Shown here in pieces: positions 44,498-54,928 of a DNA stretch of 64,000 bases. The stretch spans positions 8,040-72,039 of the forward strand of contig CAVSHO010000013.1 of the NCBI GenBank assembly GCA_963727825.1, in the 5' to 3' direction. Numbering within the stretch: position 1 is the stretch's first letter; each line of letters begins with the position of its first letter. The position numbers were made by a program, and so were the translations under genes. The notes below the pieces were generated by a model. It searched no databases, was not told where the DNA came from, and worked only from the letters and a program-made list of their open reading frames with translations. This DNA comes from Ignavibacteriota bacterium. Its GTDB lineage: Bacteria > Bacteroidota > Ignavibacteria > UBA10030.

Positions 44498-44598
44498 ATC
44501 AACCTCTTTTTTTGTTTAGAGAATCACTATTATTATTGAACTAAGCCCAAATTAATGAGCTTGTAACATTGAATTCACATAATAAGTTCATTCATTCC

Positions 44599-46690
44599 CT
44601 ACATCATCGCTGTCGGTGGCGCTGGCTCATCTGCCCTGCCTGCTTTTGAAAGCGGAACATAAATTAAATACAATGCAAGCACTGCAAAGATCGGAATCGC
44701 TAACCAGGAAGCAATTGATTCAAATCCTCCGATTATCCAAAATTCTGCTTTACCACCCATTTGATCTTTGACAAAGACTACTGTTGCAATGAATAGCCCC
44801 ATCAATGCTTCACCGGCGATTAATCCTGACGCAGATAAGATACCTGCATTTTCAACTCTTGCTTTTTGAGCATCGTTGTAGCCGCGCTTTGATGCACGTT
44901 TATCAACAAACCCGCGAATCAAACCACCGATGAAGATTGCAAATGTAGTTTCAAGTGGAAGATACATGCCAACCGAAAACAACATCGGGCTTTTTACTTT
45001 TATTAAAATCATCGAAATTCCTAACGCAATACCCACAATAACCAACGGCCAGGCCATTTCGCCGCCGACGATTCCTTGTGATAAAGCCGCCATAAGCCCG
45101 GCTTGCGGTGCCGGAAGATTACTAGAACCAAATCCGCCGGTTAACGGATTGCTTGCTAAATCTGAATTGTGAAGAATGTACAATGGAAAGAACATCACAA
45201 GTCCGGCAAGCACGACTCCAATAATGTCTCCAATCTGCATTTTCGATGGAGTGCCGCCAAGAATATGACCAACTTTAAGATCTTGCAGCATCTCTCCCGC
45301 AACTGCTGACGACACGCAGACGACAGCCGCAACACCAAGGACGGCGGCAACGCCTTCCTTACCGTGGACACCAACAACAACCATGGTCAAAGCGGCAACC
45401 ACAGTTGTGGCAAGTGTTAATCCGGAAATAGGATTATTAGATGAACCAATCATTCCGACTAGATTTCCAGAAACAGCTGCAAAGAAGAATCCAGTCACTA
45501 ACATTACGACAGCAGCAAGAATTGCACCAAGAATCATATTCGTGAAATAAAAATAGAGTCCAATCATCAGAGCAAAAATAATTATGATACCAAGAATGAC
45601 AACCTTAAATGATAAATCTTTCTGAGTGCGTTCTGTTGCGGCAGCTGCAGTTGCAGATTTCCTTACATCAGCAATACCGCGTTTAATGCCGAGAATCAAA
45701 TTTTTCCGCATTTTCCATAGTGTATAGCATGCACCTACAAGCATTCCGCCAACTGCAATTGGACGAACAATATAACGATATAAATGCCCAGTAATTGCAG
45801 CCCATGCCGCAAGCGAATCTCCATTGCTTGCAACAAGGTACTTATCAATCATTTGTGGACCGAGGAAGAAAACAAGTAACGGAACAAACAACCCCCACGC
45901 TAAAACACCACCGGCAAAGTTTAAAGCGCCAAGTTCGGGTCCGATGATATAGCCGACACCAATATAAGCTGGTGTTGCTGCTGGAGCGGAAATTGTGGTT
46001 ATACCGCCGCCAAGAATTTTTTCAGAGTCGGAGCTTCAATCCAAGTTTCACAAAAGATTCTTTTAAACGTCCGACCATAACTTGAAAATCATTCGATGAA
46101 TGAAATATTCCCAAACCATCCATCAGTTTAATGACTGCGCCCACTCCCATCGCTTTGAAAAGCGAAATCGCTGCATCTGCACCTCGCTGGCCTGCTTTGT
46201 GAATTTCCGATGCCGCAACAGATTCTGGAAACGGTAGAGATTGGTCTTCTACCATCACACGCCTAAGAACCGTTACAAACATTATTCCGAGCACACCGCC
46301 AAGAATCATTAATGCTACGGCGGTGAGATATTCCGTGAACATACTTTGCGTCGTGAAATTCCAAATACGCAAAATAACAAATGCCGGAATAGTAAAAATC
46401 GCACCTGCTGCTACCGACTCACCGATGGAGCCAACTGTTCTTGCGAAATTTTCTTCAAGAATTGATCCTTTCATTATTTTTAATAGTGCCATACCAATAA
46501 CTGCAGCTGGATATGTCGCCGCAATTGTCATTCCAGCTTTTAGACCGAGGTATGCATTTGCAGCGCCCAGAACAACGCACATCACCAATCCTATGAGCAG
46601 CGCTCTGATAGTAAATTCTTTCATATTCGTGTTCGACGGAACATACGAAACAAATTTCTTCCCGCTCACTCCATTATTAACATCTGCCAT
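44599..46690 (-). CDS. OPT family oligopeptide transporter; frameshift near 46035
   Basis: EFTIRA, AYLGLKAG, LPFPES in 46022-46690; continues (SDSEKILGGG...GVGYIIG) into 44599-45891 with NNPISG, LQDLKVG, PAPQA, SGLIAGE. Confidence 0.9.
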
Positions 46691-46723
46691 ACGTCACTCC
46701 TTGTGTTTGAGTTTCTCGATACC

Positions 46724-47624
46724 TCAATGGATAAAAATTGCTTTCGTAATATACCATGCCATTTGTGGATTTTCCTGCAACCGGCGTGTCGAATAGGCAT
46801 ACCACTGTTCGCCAAACGGTACATAGATTCTTAAACGATGTCCATCTTTCACTATTTGATCGCGTCGCTTCTCGCGCACACCTAGAAGCATTTGAAATTC
46901 ATACTGCTCTTTTTTCAATTCCATTTTATTAATCATTGCATACGCACCATTTATCAAATAATCATCGTGCGTAGCAATGCCGACATAGCAACCGCTTTCA
47001 AGAATAATTTGCAGAAGTTTTAGATAATTGTCTTGAATTTCTTTTCGTTCTTTATAAGCTATCGCTGGCTTTTCATTGTAAATCCCCTTGCACAAACGGA
47101 TGTTTGCCCCTTCGTTTACTAAGAGCACGGACATCATCTTCGCTCCGATGAAGATACGCTTGAATGACAACACCTGTGTTGGTCAACCCATCCTTTTTAA
47201 GATGTTGATAAATGGCAAGTGTATCGTCGGTTGTTGTGGCATCTTCCATGTCGATCCGGACGAAGTTGCCACACTTCTTCGCTTCTTCAATAATCGTCTT
47301 TATATTACGATAAGCTAGATCTTTATCAATCTTCAAGCCAAGTTGAGTTGGTTTAATAGAAACATTAGATTTTAGATTATTCTCTTTAATTGATTTGACA
47401 ATTTCAAGAATTTCTTTTTTGACTTCTTCGGTTTCAGCGACATTCTTCACATCTTCACCTAACAAATCCATTGTCGCTATCATTGTCTTATTATTGAGCT
47501 CTTTGACGAGACGAACACCATCAGACAATGCAACTCCGGCGATATAACGCTTCGCTACCTGCCCTACAATTGCTTTTGGGATGAACGGAAATGCTGTCGT
47601 GATAAGCTTATTCAGTATTGGCAT
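46724..47624 (-). CDS. Monofunctional proline dehydrogenase; frameshift near 47120
   Basis: RYIAG, DLLGE, SIKPTQLG, RIDMED, QAYL.RS / RLCKGIY.E, ATHD, EFQMLLG, YVPFG..WY.Y..RRL.ENP. Confidence 0.9.
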
Positions 47625-47678
47625 AACTACTTTATTAGAGCCAAATTTTAATGAAATTCAATCAGTCAAATCGCAGTA

Positions 47679-47707
47679 AATATAGGCACACGGGCGCGGA
47701 AAAGCAA
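47679..47707 (-). promoter_or_regulatory. sigma70-type promoter for the PRODH-OPT-pepD unit
   Basis: Minus strand TTGCTT - 17 nt - TATATT. Confidence 0.5.
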
Positions 47708-47893
47708 GAAAGAACATAGAAATGTATTGCGTTATTTAGAATAAAGGACAAAATTTGCTATTGGTTTGTTAAAATTCTGATTGTTTAGTATGAGTAAATT
47801 AAGAGATTTTTATGTATGATTTATTACGATAGATTCTGACAACTTCATGAAAATCAAAGTAAACAGATTCTTAATTAGAAATGGAAAATATGA

Positions 47894-48295
47894 ATGTCTC
47901 TTATTGAATGGGACAACGCGTTTTCGGTTGGTAATCAGCAGCTTGACGAACACCACAAAAAATTCTTTCATATCATTAATACTCTCCACGATGCATTGAA
48001 AAAAGGAGAAGGAGATGGTATTCTTCTATCGGTTTTGAAGGAATTGCAGCAGTATGTTCAGTATCATTTCAAAGCAGAAGAATCATTAATGAAAATATAC
48101 GCCTATCCAAATATTTCCAGTCACAAAGCAGAGCATGAAGATGCGATACAAAAAGTGAATAAATTTATCATCGATTATGAACGGCACGACGATAAGCTTT
48201 CAATTGATGTACTGAAATTCTTAAGCAATTGGCTTCAGAACCATATTCTTCGAACCGATAGAGAATATATCCCATATCTGAATAAAAAAATTTAG
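47894..48295 (+). CDS. Bacteriohemerythrin
   Basis: W...FSVG...LDEHH, HFKAEE, HKAEH, WL.NHI...D iron ligands. Confidence 0.92.
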   Translation: MSLIEWDNAFSVGNQQLDEHHKKFFHIINTLHDALKKGEGDGILLSVLKELQQYVQYHFKAEESLMKIYAYPNISSHKAEHEDAIQKVNKFIIDYERHDDKLSIDVLKFLSNWLQNHILRTDREYIPYLNKKI

Positions 48296-48304
48296 AGAAT
48301 TAAT

Positions 48305-48923
48305 ATGACAACACTGAAATCATTACGAGTCCTGATTGTGGACGATCAGGAGTCTGTTAGAGAACTTATACGACGCCAATTGGAGAAAATCGGACACAAA
48401 GTCGTAGGTAAAGCATCCAATGGCCTGCAAGCAATCGAACTCACTGAATCCTTGCTTCCGGATGTTGTGCTCATGGATATAGAGATGCCAAAGATGGACG
48501 GCCTGGAAGCTACCAGAAAAATAATGGATAAATATCCACGACCTGTTGTTTTGCTCACATCACATGAAGATCCGGAAATGGTTCAGGCGGGCGAGTCAAG
48601 CTGGTGCTGGGGCTTATCTGTTAAAACCGCCAAGTTCAGATGAAATTGAACGGACAATGATCATCGCAGCTGCGCGTTTTGCAGACCTCATGGAATTACG
48701 CCGGCTCAATTCAGAATTAAAAGAGGCATTGGAAAACGTTAAAGTATTAAGTGGCTTACTCCCTATCTGTGCCAATTGTAAAAGCATTCGTAATGATAGA
48801 GGTTATTGGGAAGCTGTAGAAGAATACATAACGGAAAAGACCGAGGTGCACTTTTCGCATAGTCTGTGTCCAGCATGCATAGACAAGCTATATCCGGACT
48901 ATAAACCCAAGAAAATCCAATAA
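48305..48923 (+). CDS. Response regulator with C-terminal Cys-rich (CxxC...CxxC) domain; frameshift near 48583
   Basis: VLIVDD, PDVVLMDIEMP / GAGAYLLKP, coiled coil, LLPICANCKSIR...FSHSLCPAC. Confidence 0.85.
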
Positions 48924-49002
48924 ACGAATTTCATAGGTAATCCTGCTAAGAGAAATTGACACGCAATTAAACAACCGCATTCGGTTTATGAAATTTCATT
49001 TC

Positions 49003-50373
49003 CTAATGCTTATACAGTAAAAGATACTCAGCACTCCAATAATTAAATTTTTTCAGCACTTTTATTGTTGTATCCTGCAGCATCATTTCTTTTGTCAATT
49101 CAGTTTGATAGAAAATAGAATTTGACGAGAAAGGATCCCAAAAGATAAGACATTCCGGATACTTCTTAAGTGTTTCCTTATTGAACAGCGCATAATGAAC
49201 ACCACCAGCCGGCGATACATCCATAATATATGCTACAATACAATTATTGCTGAGCACAGTCAGATCCGGATATTCATTTCTCATTTCTTTTGTTAGAGTA
49301 ATCGCAACCTTGTTATAATTTGCCCAAAGCCGAGGATGAGTCGTCAATGTGCAGTTGAATACGACCACACCGAAGACGAGAATAGAAAATGCAAATTTTC
49401 CGCGTGATGGTCTTATTCTTTCCAGCATCTCCGAGAAACCATACACTGACACAATTCCAAAGAATGGCCCTACGACTACAATATACCGCAGCTCGCCTAT
49501 GCTTGCTGTCCAATGAAATATCTCTGCTCCGGCAATTGTGTGAAGGATAATGGTCATTGCAATTGCAGCATAAATAATTCCAAACTCGGCGCTCCTCTTT
49601 TCCCGTGCTATAAATATGACACCTGCAATGAAAAGAATCAGTTGTGCAAACCCGAATGTTGTTTGCAAATTTGCTATATAATGCGTTAAAGAGACACCGG
49701 GAATAAACTTCCCTAAATCCGTAAAATGTTTCCACTCCTTGAAGAATGTCAGGATATTTCCTGATATGATCGTCGTCGATCCAATCCAGAGCAATGGTCC
49801 TATCAGTAAGAGAGGTAGTATTTTCCACTCGCGTTTGTGAGTATAAATTATGAACATCAAACCTGCAAAAATGTACATTTCACTCCGGCATAATATTACT
49901 GCAGAAGCTAATGCCAGGCTCCATCCGTGTTTTCCCTTCAAGTGATAGTAGTATGAGAGCGAAATCATAAAAGCAGTTGGCATTTCTGTCATGCATGCAT
50001 ACGAAAGATCAAAGAGGATCGGTTGAAGACCGACAAGAATAACGATCCACTCAGCATGCTTTATTCCATGCAGCACCGCAATCCTATATGTAATTAGGAG
50101 AAGGCAAATGAAAAGTCCAGCAGCAAAGAACATTGTAAACGTATGTCCAAGCTGTGCCGGAAGGGCAAAAAGCCATTGCGGTATCGGCCTGTGCCAGGTT
50201 TGTACCGTTAAAGGCAGCGCCTGAAGCACAAATCTACTGTAAAGGTAATGCGCTAATTCGTCGATATAATAAAATCCGTCCGATTTTAGGATCCAAATGG
50301 ATTCTATGACAGCAACCACGGTAAGGAAAAAAATTAAAAGCGGTTTTTTCAATAGATTTTTTATGACATTCAT
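49003..50373 (-). CDS. Multi-pass membrane protein, GT-C (ArnT/PMT-like) glycosyltransferase candidate
   Basis: DE motif after first TM (YIDELAH), MTE, RSE, ELRY; ~11-12 TM. Confidence 0.55.
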   Translation of the reverse strand: MNVIKNLLKKPLLIFFLTVVAVIESIWILKSDGFYYIDELAHYLYSRFVLQALPLTVQTWHRPIPQWLFALPAQLGHTFTMFFAAGLFICLLLITYRIAVLHGIKHAEWIVILVGLQPILFDLSYACMTEMPTAFMISLSYYYHLKGKHGWSLALASAVILCRSEMYIFAGLMFIIYTHKREWKILPLLLIGPLLWIGSTTIISGNILTFFKEWKHFTDLGKFIPGVSLTHYIANLQTTFGFAQLILFIAGVIFIAREKRSAEFGIIYAAIAMTIILHTIAGAEIFHWTASIGELRYIVVVGPFFGIVSVYGFSEMLERIRPSRGKFAFSILVFGVVVFNCTLTTHPRLWANYNKVAITLTKEMRNEYPDLTVLSNNCIVAYIMDVSPAGGVHYALFNKETLKKYPECLIFWDPFSSNSIFYQTELTKEMMLQDTTIKVLKKFNYWSAEYLLLYKH

Positions 50374-50473
50374 ATTATTTATTGATGTTACGTAGATAGT
50401 CCGTATTTATCATAATGAAAAATTGCTAAATACACCTTCCCTTTTTAAGTATATCTAGAAAGTGAATAAAAAA

Positions 50474-50742
50474 GTTACGCTGAGCTTGCCTGAGTGCCTT
50501 CGGCTGGGAGGCAGGAAAGAGTCTTATTTGGGATTTATATTCTTCTCCCGGCTCTATCGGGACCAGAATTATAAAACCTTTTTAAAAATTAATAGAAGAT
50601 AATTTCCTTTCACCATTAGTGCTGTCAGACCTTACGTCCTGACAGATTCTATAGGAATGTCGGGAATCCCGCTTTGCCTGCCCGTAGCAGGCGGGCGGGA
50701 CCGACCAATTGTCGTTTTTCAATTCATGCGTAACGTGAGTTA
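50474..50742. repeat. Cluster of GC-rich short palindromes (REP/MITE-like)
   Basis: TCCCGgctctaTCGGGA (50546-62), CTGTCAG...CTGACAG (50622-45), nested GTCGG/TCCCGC/GCCTGC...GCAGGC/GCGGGA/CCGAC (50659-50705). Confidence 0.6.
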
Positions 50743-50750
50743 GTAATAAT

Positions 50751-51401
50751 TCAAAATGCTCGTGTATAAAAGTCTTCCTTTTCGTTCGTATGAATCCTTA
50801 GAACTCCGGCACGTACAAGTTGTATGAGTGAGCGCGACGCGCGTCGATCGGAGATATTCACAAGTTTTGAAAATTGCTTCATTGTAATGCGTTCGTTTTC
50901 GTCTAGGTATTCAAAGAGACGCCGTTCTGAATCTCCTATTGCTATGCGTAATGGCGGAGCGTTTGGATTTTCAGCCTGAAGTATGTGTACCACTTCTTTG
51001 CTTGCTTCAACGGTTTTATCATTCACACGAATATAGACTCGTGTTCCGCCGTTCTTTCCTTCGTCATCGACATTAAGGTAATGCGGTTTCTGATCGCTTT
51101 CTTCCACAGTAACAACAACCACATCTCTGCCTTTGTATGGAACAGTGTCAATGTGCGGCTCGATCGGAGGATCACAGTAGTAACTTGCCGCCGTCCGAAT
51201 CATTTCCATTTCTTCCTTCTCGCTGCCGACTCCGACAATAGTCCGATCATCATCGACTCCGAAGAGCACTATACCACCTTTGGTGTTTGCAAACGACATT
51301 AAAGTCTTCGCCACTTTGATAGGTGTAGAAACTTTACGCTTGAACTCCAATTCGAAACCTTCGCCTTCTTCGATCAACAGTTTTAAGTCATTTAGTTTCA
51401 T
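50751..51401 (-). CDS. AlbA_2 (Schlafen-like) domain protein with C-terminal HTH
   Basis: GEGFELEFK, SFANTKGG..LFGVDDD..IVG, YIRV; winged HTH-like tail. Confidence 0.85.
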   Translation of the reverse strand: MKLNDLKLLIEEGEGFELEFKRKVSTPIKVAKTLMSFANTKGGIVLFGVDDDRTIVGVGSEKEEMEMIRTAASYYCDPPIEPHIDTVPYKGRDVVVVTVEESDQKPHYLNVDDEGKNGGTRVYIRVNDKTVEASKEVVHILQAENPNAPPLRIAIGDSERRLFEYLDENERITMKQFSKLVNISDRRASRSLIQLVRAGVLRIHTNEKEDFYTRAF

Positions 51402-51413
51402 AACTAGATCTAT

Positions 51414-52181
51414 CTACATTCCACGCGCATCCATGCGTTCAAGTATCAGTTTGGATCGTCGCAACACGTACTTTGAATCCACATCAGCACGATGTTTGCG
51501 CGGGCTTGGAATAATCGCCGCAAGCCTTGCACATTCCTCGCGATTTAAATTCGATGTTGATTTATCAAAATAGTAGTGCGATGCTGCTTCAATGCCATAC
51601 ACACCGTCGCCCCATTCAATCACATTAAAATAGATTTCGAGAATGCGCGATTTGCTTAATTGTGTTTCCATGTACCAAGTCAGAATCCATTCCTTTAATT
51701 TTCGTAACGGATTTTTTGATGATGAAAGATATAAATTTTTCACTAATTGCTGTGTTATAGTACTTGCGCCTCGTGCCGCCCGCCCTTCTTCAAAATTTCT
51801 TTCGATTGATTCTCTAAATTCGAACCAATCGAATCCGTTATTCGACCAGAATGTTCCATCTTCCGAAACAATCACAGCATCAATTGCATCCTGAGGAATC
51901 GCCCGAAGTGATATCCAATATTGAATCTTATGGAATTTACGATTCTCTTTATTTGCAATTGCTGCTTGTTCGCGCATAAATGCCGTCTCACCTGCATTTT
52001 TCGTCTTCAATTGTCTAATATTGTCATACGGTAAAAGTAGAATTTGAAAAATAATAATTACAAAGAAAGAGATGAATAGTGATTTGAGAGGATTGCGTTT
52101 GATAAGCTGGGCAAAATTCATTACTGCAGGATATTTGCGGAATATCGAACGAGACTTGTGTTGTCGGATTCCTTCTTCCAT
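51414..52181 (-). CDS. mtgA: Monofunctional peptidoglycan transglycosylase
   Basis: SED..F, RGASTITQQLVKNLYL, RKLKE, SKSRILEIYFN..EWG. Confidence 0.92.
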   Translation of the reverse strand: MEEGIRQHKSRSIFRKYPAVMNFAQLIKRNPLKSLFISFFVIIIFQILLLPYDNIRQLKTKNAGETAFMREQAAIANKENRKFHKIQYWISLRAIPQDAIDAVIVSEDGTFWSNNGFDWFEFRESIERNFEEGRAARGASTITQQLVKNLYLSSSKNPLRKLKEWILTWYMETQLSKSRILEIYFNVIEWGDGVYGIEAASHYYFDKSTSNLNREECARLAAIIPSPRKHRADVDSKYVLRRSKLILERMDARGM

Positions 52182-52183
52182 GG

Positions 52184-52633
52184 TTATATAGAATGTGAAT
52201 GTTTTGCATTATCTAAAAATCCTTGCAGAATAATTGCTGCTGCCATAGAGTCTATGCGGCCATCTTTCTTCTGCCTTTCTTTTTTCTTCGTCCCCATTAC
52301 AAGCATTGTCTGATGTGCGATTGTGGTCGTAAAACGCTCATCCCATACTACAACCGGAATATCGAGTTTCGCTTTTAAAAGCTCAATAAATATTTGCACT
52401 TCATTTGCTTTTTGCGCGTATTGTCCTTTTAAATTGAAAGGCATGCCGACTACAATCAATTTCACATTTTCGCGGACAGATAATTGTTTAAGATGGCTAA
52501 ACAGCGACGAATCGTTTTTCAGCATTTCAATCGGTTGAGCAATAATACCAAGCGGATCACTCAATGATAACCCGACACGATGCGAGCCGTAATCAATTCC
52601 AAGAACGCGCTGGTACGTTTTAGTTGCCTCCAC
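52184..52633 (-). CDS. ruvX: YqgF/RuvX nuclease
   Basis: LGIDYG..RVG, VVGMP, WDERFTT, IDSMAAAIILQ. Confidence 0.93.
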   Translation of the reverse strand: MEATKTYQRVLGIDYGSHRVGLSLSDPLGIIAQPIEMLKNDSSLFSHLKQLSVRENVKLIVVGMPFNLKGQYAQKANEVQIFIELLKAKLDIPVVVWDERFTTTIAHQTMLVMGTKKKERQKKDGRIDSMAAAIILQGFLDNAKHSHSI

Positions 52634-52637
52634 GATG

Positions 52638-54830
52638 CTAATCCCCTTTTCCTGAGAATCGTTCTACGCTCTCGATGCCCGGAATATTTTTGATCTTTTC
52701 AATAATGCGCGCAAGATGCTCGGTATCTTTTACAAAAAGGATAAATTTTCCGTCAAAAAGAGATCCGTGTGAATCAACATTAACAGAGCGAATATTTGTA
52801 TTTTGGTGGGTGGAGATAGCATGTGTGATGTCGCTCAGTAATCCGGGGCGATCTCCACCGCCTATGTGAATTCCTGTAATAAAGTCTGCATTGTGTTCTG
52901 AAGGCCAGCCGACTTCGACTATGCGCTCGCTTTCTGCAAGTCGGAGCGTGAGAACATTTTTGCAATCTTTTCGATGAATCTTAATACCTTCGCCTGTTGT
53001 CACAAAACCGACAATAGCATCGCCGGGAATCGGATTGCAGCATTTTGCGTATTGATGTAAAAAATTGTCATTCACACCAAGAACGGAAATGCCGCTTGTA
53101 AGATCGCGCGCTGTGTTAATAAACTTTGAAAATAGAGAATCTGAATTCGGTGTTTGCGCTGCGTCTTCTCCAGTCAGATGTTTTGACCAAATAACATATT
53201 GCTCTATCAATGTGTCAACATCAATTTTTTGGCTGACTATCGCAAAATAGAATTCTTGGACATCTCCATATTTTAAACTATGAATGAATTTTTCGAGTTC
53301 TTCTTTGCTGATAGTTATCTTACGGCGTTTGATCTTTTTCTCCCAAATATCTTTCCCTTCGTCGGCAAGCTTCCGGGATTCCTCGCGAATAAACCTTCGA
53401 ATATGCGCTTTTGCTTTATGCGTTACCGCAAATTGTTCCCATCCAGCACTTGGTGTTTGGTTCTTCGAGGTAATAATCTCAACCTGATCACCGCTTCGTA
53501 ATATTGTGTTAAGTGGAACAATGCGTCCATTCACTTTAGCGCCAATACAATGATATCCGACGTTCGAATGTATTTCAAATGCAAAATCAATCGGAGTCGA
53601 ATTTTGCGGCATTATTTTAAGGTCGCCCTTCGGCGTGAAAACATAGATTTCATCTTGATAGAGATTGAGCTTAAAACTCTCCATCAATTCTTTTGGAGTT
53701 TCATCGCTTTTCTGTTCAAATATTTCGCGAACCCAGTTAATCCAGCCCTCAAGTTCCTTATCAAGCGACGAATTGTTCTCTTTGTAAATCCAGTGTGCTG
53801 CAACACCGCGCTCAGCTACTTCGTGCATCGCCCTCGTACGAATTTGCACTTCTACCATTTTGCCATCGGGACCAATCACAGTTGTGTGGATTGATTGGTA
53901 ACCATTTTTCTTAGGAACTGAAATGTAATCTTTAAATCGTTCCGGAATTGGTTTGTATATTTCCGTTACTATGCTATAAGCTATAAAGCATTCGCTGTTA
54001 TCTTTCGTATCTATGATGATGCGTACAGCAAAGAGATCATAAATTTCTTCTAACGGTTTGTTGCGTTTCAGCATTTTATTGTAGATGCTGAAAATATGTT
54101 TCGCCCTGCCGGCAACTTCATAATTCAATTTTTCTTCAACGAGCCGCTTTTTGATAGGTTGAATAAACCGATTGATGTAATGTTCGCGCTCACGCCGCTT
54201 AGAACGCAGCTGCCGCGATATTTTTTCATATTCCTGGACGTGCAAATGCTTAAAAGATAAATCCTCTAACTCCCATTTGATTTGTGCTAACCCAAATCGG
54301 TGCGCGAACGGTGCATAAATGTCGAGAGTTTCTTTTGCAAGACGCAGACGCTTTTCAGGCGGAAGATACTCAAGCGTGCGCATATTATGAAGGCGGTCTG
54401 CAAATTTCACAAGCATCACGCGAATATCACCTACCATTGAAAGCAGCAGCTTACGATAACTTTCCGCTTGGGTTACTTCATGGCTTTCGAAGATGTCTGT
54501 AATTTTTGTGATACCATCTACAATATCTGCTACAGCATCGCCGAATTCTGCGCGTATATCTTTCAACTCGAAATCCGTGTCTTCCACTACGTCGTGCAAA
54601 AGTGCACTCGCAATGGATACATCATCCAATGCAATTTCCTTTGCAACAATCATTGCAACTTCAAATGGATGTATAAAATATGGCTCTCCGGAAGCACGTA
54701 AATTGTTCTTGTGCGCTTCAAGACTCAGAAGGAATGCTCGTGTGATCAGATCTTCGTCGACCGAACGCAGATTCTTCCGGCAGATAGCAAGAAGATCGTT
54801 GAGTTTCTTTTGATATATACTGTCTATCAT
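52638..54830 (-). CDS. spoT: Bifunctional (p)ppGpp synthetase/hydrolase (RSH)
   Basis: HDVVEDT, ADRLHNMRTL, DLFAVR, NGYQSIHT, EVQIRT, TGS and ACT domains. Confidence 0.95.
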   Translation of the reverse strand: MIDSIYQKKLNDLLAICRKNLRSVDEDLITRAFLLSLEAHKNNLRASGEPYFIHPFEVAMIVAKEIALDDVSIASALLHDVVEDTDFELKDIRAEFGDAVADIVDGITKITDIFESHEVTQAESYRKLLLSMVGDIRVMLVKFADRLHNMRTLEYLPPEKRLRLAKETLDIYAPFAHRFGLAQIKWELEDLSFKHLHVQEYEKISRQLRSKRREREHYINRFIQPIKKRLVEEKLNYEVAGRAKHIFSIYNKMLKRNKPLEEIYDLFAVRIIIDTKDNSECFIAYSIVTEIYKPIPERFKDYISVPKKNGYQSIHTTVIGPDGKMVEVQIRTRAMHEVAERGVAAHWIYKENNSSLDKELEGWINWVREIFEQKSDETPKELMESFKLNLYQDEIYVFTPKGDLKIMPQNSTPIDFAFEIHSNVGYHCIGAKVNGRIVPLNTILRSGDQVEIITSKNQTPSAGWEQFAVTHKAKAHIRRFIREESRKLADEGKDIWEKKIKRRKITISKEELEKFIHSLKYGDVQEFYFAIVSQKIDVDTLIEQYVIWSKHLTGEDAAQTPNSDSLFSKFINTARDLTSGISVLGVNDNFLHQYAKCCNPIPGDAIVGFVTTGEGIKIHRKDCKNVLTLRLAESERIVEVGWPSEHNADFITGIHIGGGDRPGLLSDITHAISTHQNTNIRSVNVDSHGSLFDGKFILFVKDTEHLARIIEKIKNIPGIESVERFSGKGD

Positions 54831-54852
54831 TATGAACTCTGAAATACAAAAG

Positions 54853-54880
54853 AATATACGGATTCCCTACCGAATGTCAA
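54853..54880 (-). promoter_or_regulatory. sigma70-type promoter for relA/spoT
   Basis: Minus strand TTGACA - 16 nt - TATATT, 23 nt upstream of the start. Confidence 0.5.
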
Positions 54881-54928
54881 GCCACATCAATTACATTCGT
54901 GCCAATACTCATCAAGTTAAATTTCAGT

